Below are positions 32,268 through 41,990 of a stretch of 64,000 bases of DNA, in pieces. Below the pieces are notes generated by a model. That model worked only from the letters and a program-made list of their open reading frames with translations. It had not been told where the DNA came from and made no database searches. Position 1 is the first letter of the stretch. The number at the start of each line of letters is the position of its first letter. The translations under genes were made by a program, and so were the position numbers. Location: assembly GCA_963813075.1 (NCBI GenBank), contig CAWEXU010000009.1:1-64000 (forward strand), written 5' to 3'. The DNA comes from Methanotrichaceae archaeon (lineage in GTDB: Archaea > Halobacteriota > Methanosarcinia > Methanotrichales > Methanotrichaceae).

Positions 32268-33791
32268 TTATCGCTCCTCCCGAATGTAGATCGTCTCTCC
32301 TTCCTTCACATCCCTGAGCTTATCCGGCTCCATTACCCTGCCGATGATGTTAGTGGCCTCGAACTTCTCCCCCGAGGGGCCGTATCGCTTGTCCTCTTCC
32401 AGCCGGATGCCCACCAGACCGATCTTCTTTGAGACCTGGTTGGAGATGCCTATCGAGCCGGCAGGCACAGGCCCTGTTGGCTTGTTCTCCGGCAATAGCT
32501 CCTTGTAGCTCACTGCGTCTACTTCCGGCTTGAAGAGCAGAGTGCTCTCGTAAGTGAAGTAGACAGGCAGGGGTCCCACAGCCTTTTCTTTGAGGCCGGT
32601 GACATGCCGGAAATAGTCCAGGCTCTTTGGTGCCAGCTCATGGTAAAGCTGAACTGATATAAGGCGGGAGGAAGGAATGGATGAGAGGCGCACCTTTTTG
32701 GCTTTCAGAATCTCCATAGTGGCTCCAGGATCCTGCCGGACCACTACCGCGTCCTCGCCCTCATAGCCCTCAGCTTCGGTCTCAATTCCCCTTTCCACCA
32801 TATTCTGCCTGGCATCCTTCAAAGGCATGCCCAGGAGCATGATGCGTTCCGGGGTTACATCAACCGTTATCAGCTGGCCGGGCTTTGCCAGTTTTATCAT
32901 ATCCATGCCTTTGGTGATCCTGGCTACCACGGAGTGTCCGGGATTCGAGGTGCGATCATGCTTGTAGATGAAGATCCTGCCCAAACCCCGCCCAACAGTT
33001 CTCACAGTGATCACTCCCTCCAGGCGGGGCTCACGATGCTCATAGGCAACGTGCTCCGTCAGAAGCTGGTCGGATGAGATATAAGAGCTTGATACGGAAT
33101 CGACCCTCAAAGTGCCGTCTCGGGTTAAAGCAAGGAAGAACTCCGCCCCCAGTGGCGCGTCCTCGATCAGCTCTGCTTTGACCCGGGTATAGATCTCCAT
33201 GCCCTCCTCCACAGGTAGAGTTAGATCAAGGGTGGACATCTTCTCTGTCAGGTCCTGCCATTCCACGATGGGCTCTATAGCCTCAATTCTGTCCCCTGTC
33301 TCCAGCCGGTCAAGGGTATTCTTGCCTCCCACCACATGGGCGAAGACTCCACCGTCCACAGGGGTGCCGTAAGCGGCAGAATGCCTCCTTTGCATGAAGA
33401 TCAATTGGGTGTTCTCTGCATCAAAGCCAGCCGCGCCAAGGACTACCTCCCAGCGATTGTACTCGTGGGCATCCCGGCCAAATGATATTCTGGAAGAGAA
33501 TGGCCCAAAGGCAACGCCATCCGCTGAAGCCCATCTTACCTGTGACCCAGAGATCTTGTCCACCATCTCATGCCAGATCTTCTGCAGATCATTTTCCAGA
33601 AGCTCAATTCTGAGTTTGCCTTTGGAGGTATTGAGCCAGTAGGAGTTGGTCTGGCGCGACTTCTCGCCCCGGCCTTTGACCATCCCCACAATTGCGCCTT
33701 CCGCGGGCTTGCTGCCTGCTTTTTGCAGGGCGTCGGCCAGGCATGCAACAGGCTCCAGCTCAATCTCTTTGCCGTCAACGAAGACTCTCAA
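32268..33791 (-). CDS. Methanogenesis marker protein 3 (cyclophilin-like domains)
   Basis: APKSLDYFRHVTGL, LLPENKP, YGPSGEKFEATNIIG; TTG start at 33791. Confidence 0.9.
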   Translation of the reverse strand: MRVFVDGKEIELEPVACLADALQKAGSKPAEGAIVGMVKGRGEKSRQTNSYWLNTSKGKLRIELLENDLQKIWHEMVDKISGSQVRWASADGVAFGPFSSRISFGRDAHEYNRWEVVLGAAGFDAENTQLIFMQRRHSAAYGTPVDGGVFAHVVGGKNTLDRLETGDRIEAIEPIVEWQDLTEKMSTLDLTLPVEEGMEIYTRVKAELIEDAPLGAEFFLALTRDGTLRVDSVSSSYISSDQLLTEHVAYEHREPRLEGVITVRTVGRGLGRIFIYKHDRTSNPGHSVVARITKGMDMIKLAKPGQLITVDVTPERIMLLGMPLKDARQNMVERGIETEAEGYEGEDAVVVRQDPGATMEILKAKKVRLSSIPSSRLISVQLYHELAPKSLDYFRHVTGLKEKAVGPLPVYFTYESTLLFKPEVDAVSYKELLPENKPTGPVPAGSIGISNQVSKKIGLVGIRLEEDKRYGPSGEKFEATNIIGRVMEPDKLRDVKEGETIYIREER

Positions 33792-33792
33792 A

Positions 33793-35409
33793 TTAACTCC
33801 CCAGCATCTCCTTCTCTTCATCTTCTGTGACCCTGCTCAAGACCTCTTCCGGCAGGCCGGTGAATACAGCCCTCCCATTGCGCATGAGCATTGCCCGGTC
33901 ACAGACGTTCTTTACAAAATCCATATCATGGCTTACAATTATAAATGTCTCGCCCAGCTCCTCGCGGGCATTGAGGATGGAGTTCGTCACCTCTATCTTG
34001 GTAATGGCATCCATCGTCCCTGTGGGCTCATCCAGGACCACAATCCGCGGCTCTTTTATCAAGACCTGAGCCATGGCCACCCGATGCCGCTCACCCTCGG
34101 AGAGCTCATCGGGCATCTTCTCCAGGACCGCTTCAGCCTGTTCCTCATTAAATCCGACCGTCTCCAGGGTATGAATAGCCTTTCTCTCTGCCAGTTCGAA
34201 GGGAAGAGAGAGGCCGATGGCTTCAGTCAGGTTCTCAATCACGCTTCTAGAGGGATAGAGGGTATACTCCTGGTGGAGGATGCCAATGTATTTGGTGGCT
34301 CGACCACGGCCGTTGGAGCCGAGGACGGTCATGTCCACCCATTCGTCTCCCACCCGCACTGCGATGCTGCCGTTGGTGGGAGTGAGAATGCCGCTGATCA
34401 TCTTGGAAAGAGTGGTCTTGCCCCCGCCAGAAACCCCTACCAGGCCGAAGATCTCCCCTTCATTAACCTCCAGGCTGACCTCATCCACCGCCTTTACCAC
34501 GCCACGATCGATGCTGATGTATCTCTTCGAAAGGCCATTGGCCTTGATCATAGGCTCGCCCAGCTCGACATCTTCCCGCTTGGCTAAAGTTCCAGCCATG
34601 GCCAGGAATTGGGCGGCTACATCCTTTGGATTGCCTTCTGCCTTGATCTCACCCTGATCGAGGAGGATGGCTCTTTGGGTCAGCTCTACCATGACATCCT
34701 CCCAGTGGCTGGTGATGATCAGAGTCATCTTGAAATCATTGACCGCCCGCTTTATGGAATCGTGAACCACTCTGGCTGTGGCCGGGTCGAGGGTCCCAGT
34801 TGGCTCGTCTGCCAGGAGGACCATGGGAGATTTGGCGAGCTGACGGGCGAGGACAACGCGCTGCTTCTCTCCTCCAGACAGCTCTCGGGCGACATGCATC
34901 AGCCGGTGAGATAGATTGACCTCGTCGAGCAGGTCTGCAGCTACATGGACGCTCATGGTGTCTCCCGTCTCCTCCACCGCGCGCATGACGTTCACTATCA
35001 CCCTCTCATCGCCATAAAGAGCAAAGGTCCTCTGCAGCATTATAGCGATCCTCTTTGAGATATCACGCCTCAGAGGATCGTTTATATCTAAAGATACGAA
35101 ATCAGCATCAAAGCTTTCCAGAGTGCCACCACACTTGCAGCTCTTTCCGACGTGACTGGGGGGCTCTACATGATGGCATTTGCCGCATCTGGCTACGTGG
35201 AAGATCACGCTGCCCGATATGTCCTGGAATGATTCCACCCCACGCAAGACATGCATCAAGACGCTCTTGCCTGAGCCGCTCCGTCCCAAAATGCCGACCG
35301 ATTCGCCCTCCTCGATAACCAGATTCAAGTTGCGAAGAGCTACAACATCGCCGAATCGAACTGTCAGATCCTTAATCTCGATAAAAGGTGCCAATTTATC
35401 ATTCCTCAT
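33793..35409 (-). CDS. atwA: Methyl-coenzyme M reductase system component A2 (dual ABC ATPase)
   Basis: Two ABC domains with a Cys-rich insert (CGKC...CKCG), IAIMLQRTFALY, no TM domain; heads the marker cluster. Confidence 0.95.
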   Translation of the reverse strand: MRNDKLAPFIEIKDLTVRFGDVVALRNLNLVIEEGESVGILGRSGSGKSVLMHVLRGVESFQDISGSVIFHVARCGKCHHVEPPSHVGKSCKCGGTLESFDADFVSLDINDPLRRDISKRIAIMLQRTFALYGDERVIVNVMRAVEETGDTMSVHVAADLLDEVNLSHRLMHVARELSGGEKQRVVLARQLAKSPMVLLADEPTGTLDPATARVVHDSIKRAVNDFKMTLIITSHWEDVMVELTQRAILLDQGEIKAEGNPKDVAAQFLAMAGTLAKREDVELGEPMIKANGLSKRYISIDRGVVKAVDEVSLEVNEGEIFGLVGVSGGGKTTLSKMISGILTPTNGSIAVRVGDEWVDMTVLGSNGRGRATKYIGILHQEYTLYPSRSVIENLTEAIGLSLPFELAERKAIHTLETVGFNEEQAEAVLEKMPDELSEGERHRVAMAQVLIKEPRIVVLDEPTGTMDAITKIEVTNSILNAREELGETFIIVSHDMDFVKNVCDRAMLMRNGRAVFTGLPEEVLSRVTEDEEKEMLGS

Positions 35410-35459
35410 AAGCTAATTATAATATAGGGTTCTTCCGCGCCTTTAACCGCTGCCAGACG

Positions 35460-35541
35460 GTGATACAACGCCCATACTATTCGTGATACAATGCCCTTGC
35501 TTTTCATGATATAATGCCTGCTTCATGGATGGTGCAATGCT
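35460..35541. repeat. Four copies of a 12-bp motif (consensus TGATACAATGCC) at 23-bp spacing
   Basis: TGATACAACGCC at 35461, TGATACAATGCC at 35484, TGATATAATGCC at 35507, TGGTGCAATGCT at 35530. Confidence 0.8.
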
Positions 35542-35732
35542 ACTTAAGTTTATCCGAAGCTTCATATACGTCCCCCTGATAACGATTGTTATAGCAAGAC
35601 AAAGGTTCTTCTCATGGGTGAAATCAGCAATTGCGCCGGACATCTTGGCCAATTGACAGGGAAAGATTGGGTCGAAATGGCATATAAATTTATAAAGAAC
35701 CAAAACACCATAATCTAATTGAAGGTATATCT

Positions 35733-36242
35733 ATGGAAGCCCTGGAAGCAATAAAAACTCGCAGAAGCATCAGGAAATTCAAGCCTGGTGAGGTCTCCAA
35801 AGAAATCCAAAGAGAGCTGCTGGAAGCAGCCATGCTTGCCCCCTCCGCAGGAAACGAGCAGCCCTGGCAATTTTTGCTGATTGATGACCGCAGGACTCTG
35901 GAGGAGATCCCCCTGATCTGCCCAACTGCGACGATGTGCAGGCAAGCTCCTCTGGCAATTCTGGTTTGCGGCGACGAGAATTTGGAGAAGTATCCTGATT
36001 TTTGGGTGCAGGATTGCTCTGCTGCAACCGAGAACATCCTGCTGGCAGCGCACGCCCTGGGCCTGGGGGCAGTATGGGCAGGAGTCTATCCCATGAAGGA
36101 AAGGGTGGACGGTTTCAGAAGGATTTTCGCCCTTTCGGAGGAGATCACCCCATTTGCCCTGATCACCCTGGGATATCCGGACGAAGCACCTGCGCCTGCG
36201 AGAAGATACAAGGAAGAAAGGGTGCATTATAACGGATGGTAA
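35733..36242 (+). CDS. Nitroreductase family protein
   Basis: RRSIRKF, APSAGNEQPW, QDCSAATENILLAAHALGLGAVW. Confidence 0.93.
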   Translation: MEALEAIKTRRSIRKFKPGEVSKEIQRELLEAAMLAPSAGNEQPWQFLLIDDRRTLEEIPLICPTATMCRQAPLAILVCGDENLEKYPDFWVQDCSAATENILLAAHALGLGAVWAGVYPMKERVDGFRRIFALSEEITPFALITLGYPDEAPAPARRYKEERVHYNGW

Positions 36243-36286
36243 AAAAATATTAATTGGATATGATGAACTGATGAAGAGGAGGACTT

Positions 36287-36853
36287 ATGAAGATCTCTTT
36301 GGGAAAGAAGACATTGCTGTATCCTGCACCAGTTTGTGTGGTGGGGACCTATGACCGGAAAGGAGTGCCAAATGTAATGACCGCTGCCTGGGCCGGGATC
36401 TGTTGCTCCAGCCCGCCGTGCATTGCTGTATCCCTTCGCAAGGCAACTTATACCTATGAAAATATAATGGAGCGCAAAGCGTTTACCGTGAGCTTGCCCT
36501 CTGAGGACTATATCCAGCAGGCAGACTATTTTGGCATGATCTCCGGAAGGGATGAGAACAAGTTCGACCGAACGAAACTGACCCCGGCGAAAGGAGAGCT
36601 GGTTGACGCTCCTTTTGTAATGGAGTTCCCCCTTGCCCTGGAGTGCAGCCTGATCAACTCGATCGAGATCGGTCTGCACACGGAATTCATAGGGGAGATC
36701 CTGGATGTAAAAGCGAGTGAGAGCTGCTTGGGTCCGGATGGACTCCCGGATATCGAGAAGATCAGACCGCTTCTTTTCTCGCCGGAGGGGCGCAAATATC
36801 ACGGGGTGGGAAAATTCCTGGGAAATGCCTTCCAGGCGGGCAGAGGGATTTAG
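36287..36853 (+). CDS. Flavin reductase family protein (flavoredoxin-like)
   Basis: PNVMTAAW, DYFGMISGR, LEC, GLHTEFIGEI. Confidence 0.9.
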   Translation: MKISLGKKTLLYPAPVCVVGTYDRKGVPNVMTAAWAGICCSSPPCIAVSLRKATYTYENIMERKAFTVSLPSEDYIQQADYFGMISGRDENKFDRTKLTPAKGELVDAPFVMEFPLALECSLINSIEIGLHTEFIGEILDVKASESCLGPDGLPDIEKIRPLLFSPEGRKYHGVGKFLGNAFQAGRGI

Positions 36854-36938
36854 ATCTTCTTTCACCCATTTTGACCATCCACCCTCTTCCAACCCCAAAT
36901 CGTTATTTTTTATCTAAATTGAATTATCCTCCTTTTTT

Positions 36939-37532
36939 TTATTCTTCTTTTTTGTCCTTCGCCTCAAAAGCCTTCTTTCTCCCTTTATAGGTTGTATAGG
37001 TTATGACGGCCGCAATCAACAGAGTGCCAAGGATCAGAGCCAGGGAGATCATTATTAGACCAAGCATATCCTCCAGGATCCCCTTTCCGACTGCCAGGAC
37101 TACCTTCGGCCCGGGCTCAGAGGGATAGGATGCATTGATCACATGAAGGCCCGCCGCTTCCGCTCTAAAGGCCATGACCGAATGGCCGGAGCGACCTCCA
37201 ACGGAATACGAGGAGCTGCTTGGAGACGGATAGGTCTGGAGCTTTAGGCCAGAGGCCTTTTCCACTACCTCGATCTGAAGTCCCGGCATTTTCTCGGAGG
37301 TCTCATAGAGAACGCCATCAAAGTAGCTATTGTTTTCATAAAAGATGGTATACTCACCTGGCCCGCTGAGATTCAGCTCTGCCTCTCCGGGAGCTGCCAC
37401 TTGGGTCAGGCCGCCTATAGTGCTGGATATTCCAGAAAATAGATACCAGGCAAATACGGCGAACCCTACAAATACAATCAGCAGGGCCAGGCCGTAGCGC
37501 CAAACGCTGGGCGATATATCCCTGTTATTCAT
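36939..37532 (-). CDS. Membrane protein with two TM segments flanking a beta-rich domain
   Basis: Hydrophobic N- and C-terminal segments. Confidence 0.7.
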   Translation of the reverse strand: MNNRDISPSVWRYGLALLIVFVGFAVFAWYLFSGISSTIGGLTQVAAPGEAELNLSGPGEYTIFYENNSYFDGVLYETSEKMPGLQIEVVEKASGLKLQTYPSPSSSSYSVGGRSGHSVMAFRAEAAGLHVINASYPSEPGPKVVLAVGKGILEDMLGLIMISLALILGTLLIAAVITYTTYKGRKKAFEAKDKKEE

Positions 37533-37619
37533 GATGGAACACCTCTTTTTGGTTTTCTAGTATTTTGGAAAAAAATCATGTTTGTCAAAAAAATCTATTG
37601 GAGAGCCCGGAATGGACCC

Positions 37620-38042
37620 TCAGGAAGATCTGAACCTAAAATCGACGAAAAGCCCTACCAATTTGCCATTCTCAAAGCACCCGTAGACGGGATAGCAGCC
37701 AGGACCAGGGTTGAGCTTGAGGCTGTTTCCTTCGTCAGAGGCGACGATCAATCCGCTGGCAACGTTCAAATATCCCATAAGCTGGCAGCTTGCGACAGGA
37801 TACTGGAAGGTTTCGATCGCCTTTCTATCAGCCTTGTATGCATCGGATTTGAAAAGATCAGACTGGAAGGGCTCCCCGCCAACCCACGGATCTCCAAAAC
37901 CCTTGTTGAATAGATTCTCCGCTCCCTTTTCCCCGGGCCGGTATTCGATCTCGTCTGCTGAAAAGGCAATCGCGGTCAGCGAAAATGCCGCCATCAGCAC
38001 AATAAGCACAGCCAATCCACATTTTTTCATTAAGTTCACCAT
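37620..38042 (-). CDS. Secreted hypothetical protein
   Basis: MKK plus hydrophobic signal; three Cys in the mature part. Confidence 0.65.
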   Translation of the reverse strand: MVNLMKKCGLAVLIVLMAAFSLTAIAFSADEIEYRPGEKGAENLFNKGFGDPWVGGEPFQSDLFKSDAYKADRKAIETFQYPVASCQLMGYLNVASGLIVASDEGNSLKLNPGPGCYPVYGCFENGKLVGLFVDFRFRSS

Positions 38043-38044
38043 CC

Positions 38045-39481
38045 ATGATAATTTTCAAAGATACTATGCGCCAGGTATTTAAATTTCTTCCGGCAGAAAT
38101 GGCTTCAATTCCAGACATTTCAGGAGGATTTACGGATCGAGCAGCTATAGTTATAGCATTGTATATGCTGGCCATTTTCGTCATAGGAACCTGGCAGCAT
38201 CGATTGAAAGGGCTGGAGAACTATCATCTCGCAGGAAGAAGCCAGGGGGCCATAGCCCTCACAGGGACCTTTTGTGCAACCATACTGGGCGCTTCAACCA
38301 CCATCGGGATGGCAGGCCTGGGATACAGCCGGGGTCTTGCCGGCTCCTGGTGGATGCTATCAGGCACCATAGGAATGCTCGTACTGTCCCTATTTCTTGC
38401 TGAAAGGATAAGATCCACCGGTTGCAGCACTCTGCCCCAGCTTGTGGGCTCATTCTGGGGAGAGAGGACGAGAGATGCCGCCTCAATTCTCATCGCTATC
38501 TCCTGGATAGGGGTGATTGCCGTGCAGATAATTGCCTCTGGAAACATACTGTTTGCAGTCTTTGGAGGAGCTATATCCCATTACATGGTTGCATCTACAC
38601 TGGTATTTGTCCTATACACCGCATATGGGGGAAAGATCTCAGTCATAAGGACCGACCTGTTTCAGATGATAATTATATTATTTGGATTGGTGATTTTATT
38701 TTCGAAAGCATTGAGTGCTCAAGGTTCCATGCCCCCAATCCTGCAGAGCTTTCCCACATCTGCGGAAATGAATTGCTGGGAGGTTATCACCATGATAATT
38801 GTAGTGGGATCAGCCTACCTCATAGGTCCGGATATGTACTCGCATATCTTTTCCTCCCGCAGCGCCAGAGAGGCAAAGACCTCTGCATTCCTGTCTGCGA
38901 TCATCCTGATACCCCTGGCATTTCTGATCACCTCTCTGGGAATCTTTTCCAGCTATCTGTATCCGGCAATACCACCTGAACAGGCTATCTTATCCCTCAT
39001 GACCGGATTATTAACCCCGGCGATTGAGGGCCTGGTGGCAGCTGCTCTGCTGGCAGCCTTCATGTCCTCAGCAGATACCTGCCTGATGACTGCCACCTCC
39101 ATTTTAACCTTCGACATCTACGGCAAGATATACAGCAACGCAACCCAGGATCATCTGATGAAGGCCTCAAGGATAGCAGTGATGATCATCGGAGCCCTTG
39201 CCCTCACCCTTGCCGTATCCGTCCCCGAGATCATCAAAACACTGCTCATCGCCTACACCATATTCACCAGCGGCCTTCTCATGCCTGTTCTCGCTGGATT
39301 CTACCGGGAAAGGCTCGGCCTGACATCCACCGGAGCCCTCTGTGCTATTGCAGGAGGAGGATTAACTGCCATTCTCCTGGGCCAGAGCTATCCTCTGCTG
39401 GGGATGGTGGTCTCTGGAATGCTGCTTATCATTGTGAGCTGGCTGGAAAGATGGCAATCGAGAAGAGGAGCAGAAGGTTAA
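38045..39481 (+). CDS. Sodium:solute symporter family protein (true start probably at or after 38099)
   Basis: YHLAGRS, ATILGASTTIG, YTAYGG..SVIRTD..Q, AAFMSSADT; many TM segments. Confidence 0.9.
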   Translation: MIIFKDTMRQVFKFLPAEMASIPDISGGFTDRAAIVIALYMLAIFVIGTWQHRLKGLENYHLAGRSQGAIALTGTFCATILGASTTIGMAGLGYSRGLAGSWWMLSGTIGMLVLSLFLAERIRSTGCSTLPQLVGSFWGERTRDAASILIAISWIGVIAVQIIASGNILFAVFGGAISHYMVASTLVFVLYTAYGGKISVIRTDLFQMIIILFGLVILFSKALSAQGSMPPILQSFPTSAEMNCWEVITMIIVVGSAYLIGPDMYSHIFSSRSAREAKTSAFLSAIILIPLAFLITSLGIFSSYLYPAIPPEQAILSLMTGLLTPAIEGLVAAALLAAFMSSADTCLMTATSILTFDIYGKIYSNATQDHLMKASRIAVMIIGALALTLAVSVPEIIKTLLIAYTIFTSGLLMPVLAGFYRERLGLTSTGALCAIAGGGLTAILLGQSYPLLGMVVSGMLLIIVSWLERWQSRRGAEG

Positions 39482-39544
39482 TCGGATACTACAATTGAGG
39501 CCTGAGCACTGCCGCGGACCCCAATTGCGTGCATTATTTTTTCG

Positions 39545-39787
39545 TCATACAGCCGGCTTATATCCTCTTGGCTCATCCACGACCTCAATAGTGGCAATGG
39601 CATGTTTGAAGACCAATAGCTCTCCTTTTGCAGTTTGGAGCAGGATCTCGTATGAGTTGAATGACTCGATGGTTCCTGTAACCGGCTGGCCACCTGAGGT
39701 GAGGCGGACCGTTACCTTCTTGCCCTTGAACTTGGGTATGAATTGCGGCGACGATTGTTTTGCTGTGGGTTTTTCTTCTTCAGACAT
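39545..39787 (-). CDS. hfq: Hfq-like Sm-fold RNA-binding protein
   Basis: Sm1 VTVRLTSG..VTGTIESFNSYEILL and Hfq-type Sm2 VFKHAIATI; 80 aa from ATG 39787. Confidence 0.8.
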   Translation of the reverse strand: MSEEEKPTAKQSSPQFIPKFKGKKVTVRLTSGGQPVTGTIESFNSYEILLQTAKGELLVFKHAIATIEVVDEPRGYKPAV

Positions 39788-40110
39788 TTTCCCTCCCCCG
39801 ATCAGAAAGCTTCTCTGCCAACACCTGGCTTTACATACCAAAGCTCCTTCCCGGATCCTGACTCTTCAAAAGACCGGGATATGAGATTGAGGCTACAACC
39901 CCCTCTGCCAGGCCCAGGTAAATTTCAACTCATGAGATTATCAATCTTGCGCCATACTTCTGGGAGATGGAGGAGGCAAGGGGAAGTACCACGCCGCAAA
40001 TTACGACACTGCCAATTTCCAGATTTGTATCCAGTTTGCTCCCAGATTTAGATCCAGTTTGCAGCACAGCGTATTTAAGCAAGGGGATAAATCAAGCCCG
40101 TCGGGAATAT

Positions 40111-40522
40111 ATGAAGCGATTGATTCTGATTCTGGTAATATTGATGGTTCTTGCCCTCTTTGCACAGAGCAGATCACCAATAGATATCGGTGGCATGAAA
40201 GGAGATATGCTTTTAAGAGAGCTTACCAATAATTCCACCAAATAATTCTACCAATAATTCTACCAATAATTCATCCACCGCTGCCATGGAGGTTAACAAA
40301 ACCATCGATCTCTCGCGAAGGGCACAATCGGCTGATATCTCAGGCAGCGAGGGATCACTGATTTTAAAGGATTTAATGAATACCTCAAATGCTACCGATA
40401 AAATAAAAGAGCATGCTAACCTCTCCATGTGGGGATCTGGGCCCAAAGCGATACCCTCGCCACCCGATTCCAGGTCTTCAAAGAGCAATGAGATCATCAG
40501 GATGAACCATCTGGGGTACTGA
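40111..40522 (+). CDS. Secreted protein with TNNS repeats; +1 frameshift at ~40241
   Basis: Signal peptide MKRLILILV; 12-bp repeat ACCAATAATTCH x4 with one extra A; frame resumes in ORF 40286-40522. Confidence 0.7.
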
Positions 40523-40524
40523 AT

Positions 40525-40923
40525 ATGAAGACAATGTTGGCGGTATTAATCTGCATGAGCCTTATCACCATCCTCCCGCAATCAGCTCTATCAATCCTTG
40601 ATGTGGGAGGAGACTGGGGTGCATCGTGGCTAAAAGAGCATGGGACAGAGCCGAATATCGAAGAGACCCAAAACAATCTATGGAAATGGGGCAGCGCACC
40701 AAAGGGCTTCAAGATCCATAATGAGACAGTCTATCCACCGGGATATGCACCATCATGGTACTACCCAAATTATGCCATCAATAACACACCGATATTCATA
40801 GATAATTCCGCCTCGAAAAGTTATCAGCCTGCGGACTATGGAGGCATTGATCCCTGGCTGACCGCCCAGCTCTCAGGCCAGCCTGTAGCTCTGATATCCC
40901 AGCCCCCGGGCGTACTATTTTAA
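40525..40923 (+). CDS. Secreted hypothetical protein, distant paralogue of the previous gene
   Basis: Signal peptide; DVGG..G and LWKWGSAPK motifs. Confidence 0.7.
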   Translation: MKTMLAVLICMSLITILPQSALSILDVGGDWGASWLKEHGTEPNIEETQNNLWKWGSAPKGFKIHNETVYPPGYAPSWYYPNYAINNTPIFIDNSASKSYQPADYGGIDPWLTAQLSGQPVALISQPPGVLF

Positions 40924-40943
40924 TTTTATTTTAACTAATTATT

Positions 40944-41990
40944 CTAATTATTAAACTCCAGAGCCATTTTCATTCTGAAGTAGACCCCAGGCGTCTTATC
41001 CCATAATCCATCAGAAGTGGTGCCGGTCTGATTGACGATCGATGACTGCTCAAGATTATACCAGTGATCGAGACTCTGATTTATGGAGTTATTCAGGTTG
41101 AAGCCTGCGATCTCCTCATCGATGAACCTGGTGTCGATGGTCGAATTGGGATTCACCACAATTTGCCGGTTCACATCCAAGCGGCCTGCGGGCAGACTCT
41201 GAAGAGGAAATCCACTGCCAGAACCTTGCATCTGCATACGGCTAATGCTGGATTCATTATCAGACCTTCCTGCCACGGCCATATTCAGCGAGCAGTTCGA
41301 TTGACGGGAGTCAACCGCGCTCACCCACTCCAGTGACGTATTCCCCAGGACCTCGGAGTCGATTTGCAGCCATCTACCTAATCCCTTGATCAATAGGCTC
41401 TGATCAAAGCCGCGCATATCCTCCTGGCCGGATGAGCCCTCGCCTTGATCTGTCAGGCCGCTGCCCGCGGAAGATAGAGAATGGGGCGAGATTCTGGCGA
41501 CCTCCTGAAACTTTGAGCCCGGAGCCCAAATGCTCTCGGATACAGCTACATCAGAATTCTTATAAAATGCAGTTAAATTGCCATCGGATAATGATGCCTT
41601 CGAGGATATAGAGGCAACTGAACTGTTATGGGACGCGGTTGCACTGCCACCCCAGGCGAGCTGACCGGAATCAGTCTCGGCAGCCGATTGCATATGATCC
41701 TCCTGGCAGAGCAGCTCATAAGAATAGAAGCTGCGATTGCTGACCGAAGACCCCTTTCCCTCCACAGAAACAAGATCATTTGCGAGGAATGCAGCGCCGC
41801 CAAAGTTCAAGTTCTCGCCAAAAACCGCCTCAGATACAGAGTCAGCCGAATTATATACGTTGCATGAGAAGCTGACAGTTGCCAAGCTGTCCTGAATCGA
41901 TCCAGGGGAAATAGTGACGAAGAGGATCGAAATTAGGAAAAAGAAAGCCTGCTTCGTTATTTGGGAAATATGGAATTTCTTCGAATTCAT
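40944..41990 (-). CDS. Secreted Ser-rich hypothetical protein
   Basis: Hydrophobic N-terminus; ATGA overlap with the upstream gene. Confidence 0.7.
   Translation of the reverse strand: MNSKKFHISQITKQAFFFLISILFVTISPGSIQDSLATVSFSCNVYNSADSVSEAVFGENLNFGGAAFLANDLVSVEGKGSSVSNRSFYSYELLCQEDHMQSAAETDSGQLAWGGSATASHNSSVASISSKASLSDGNLTAFYKNSDVAVSESIWAPGSKFQEVARISPHSLSSAGSGLTDQGEGSSGQEDMRGFDQSLLIKGLGRWLQIDSEVLGNTSLEWVSAVDSRQSNCSLNMAVAGRSDNESSISRMQMQGSGSGFPLQSLPAGRLDVNRQIVVNPNSTIDTRFIDEEIAGFNLNNSINQSLDHWYNLEQSSIVNQTGTTSDGLWDKTPGVYFRMKMALEFNN

Noticed and set aside
35460..35541. Mini-CRISPR array
   Set aside because: The 12-bp repeats and 11-bp partly similar spacers are far too short, and there are no cas genes.
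38120..38140. ACG start for the symporter after GGAGG
   Set aside because: In-frame ATGs exist at 38099 and further downstream, so a non-canonical start is not required.
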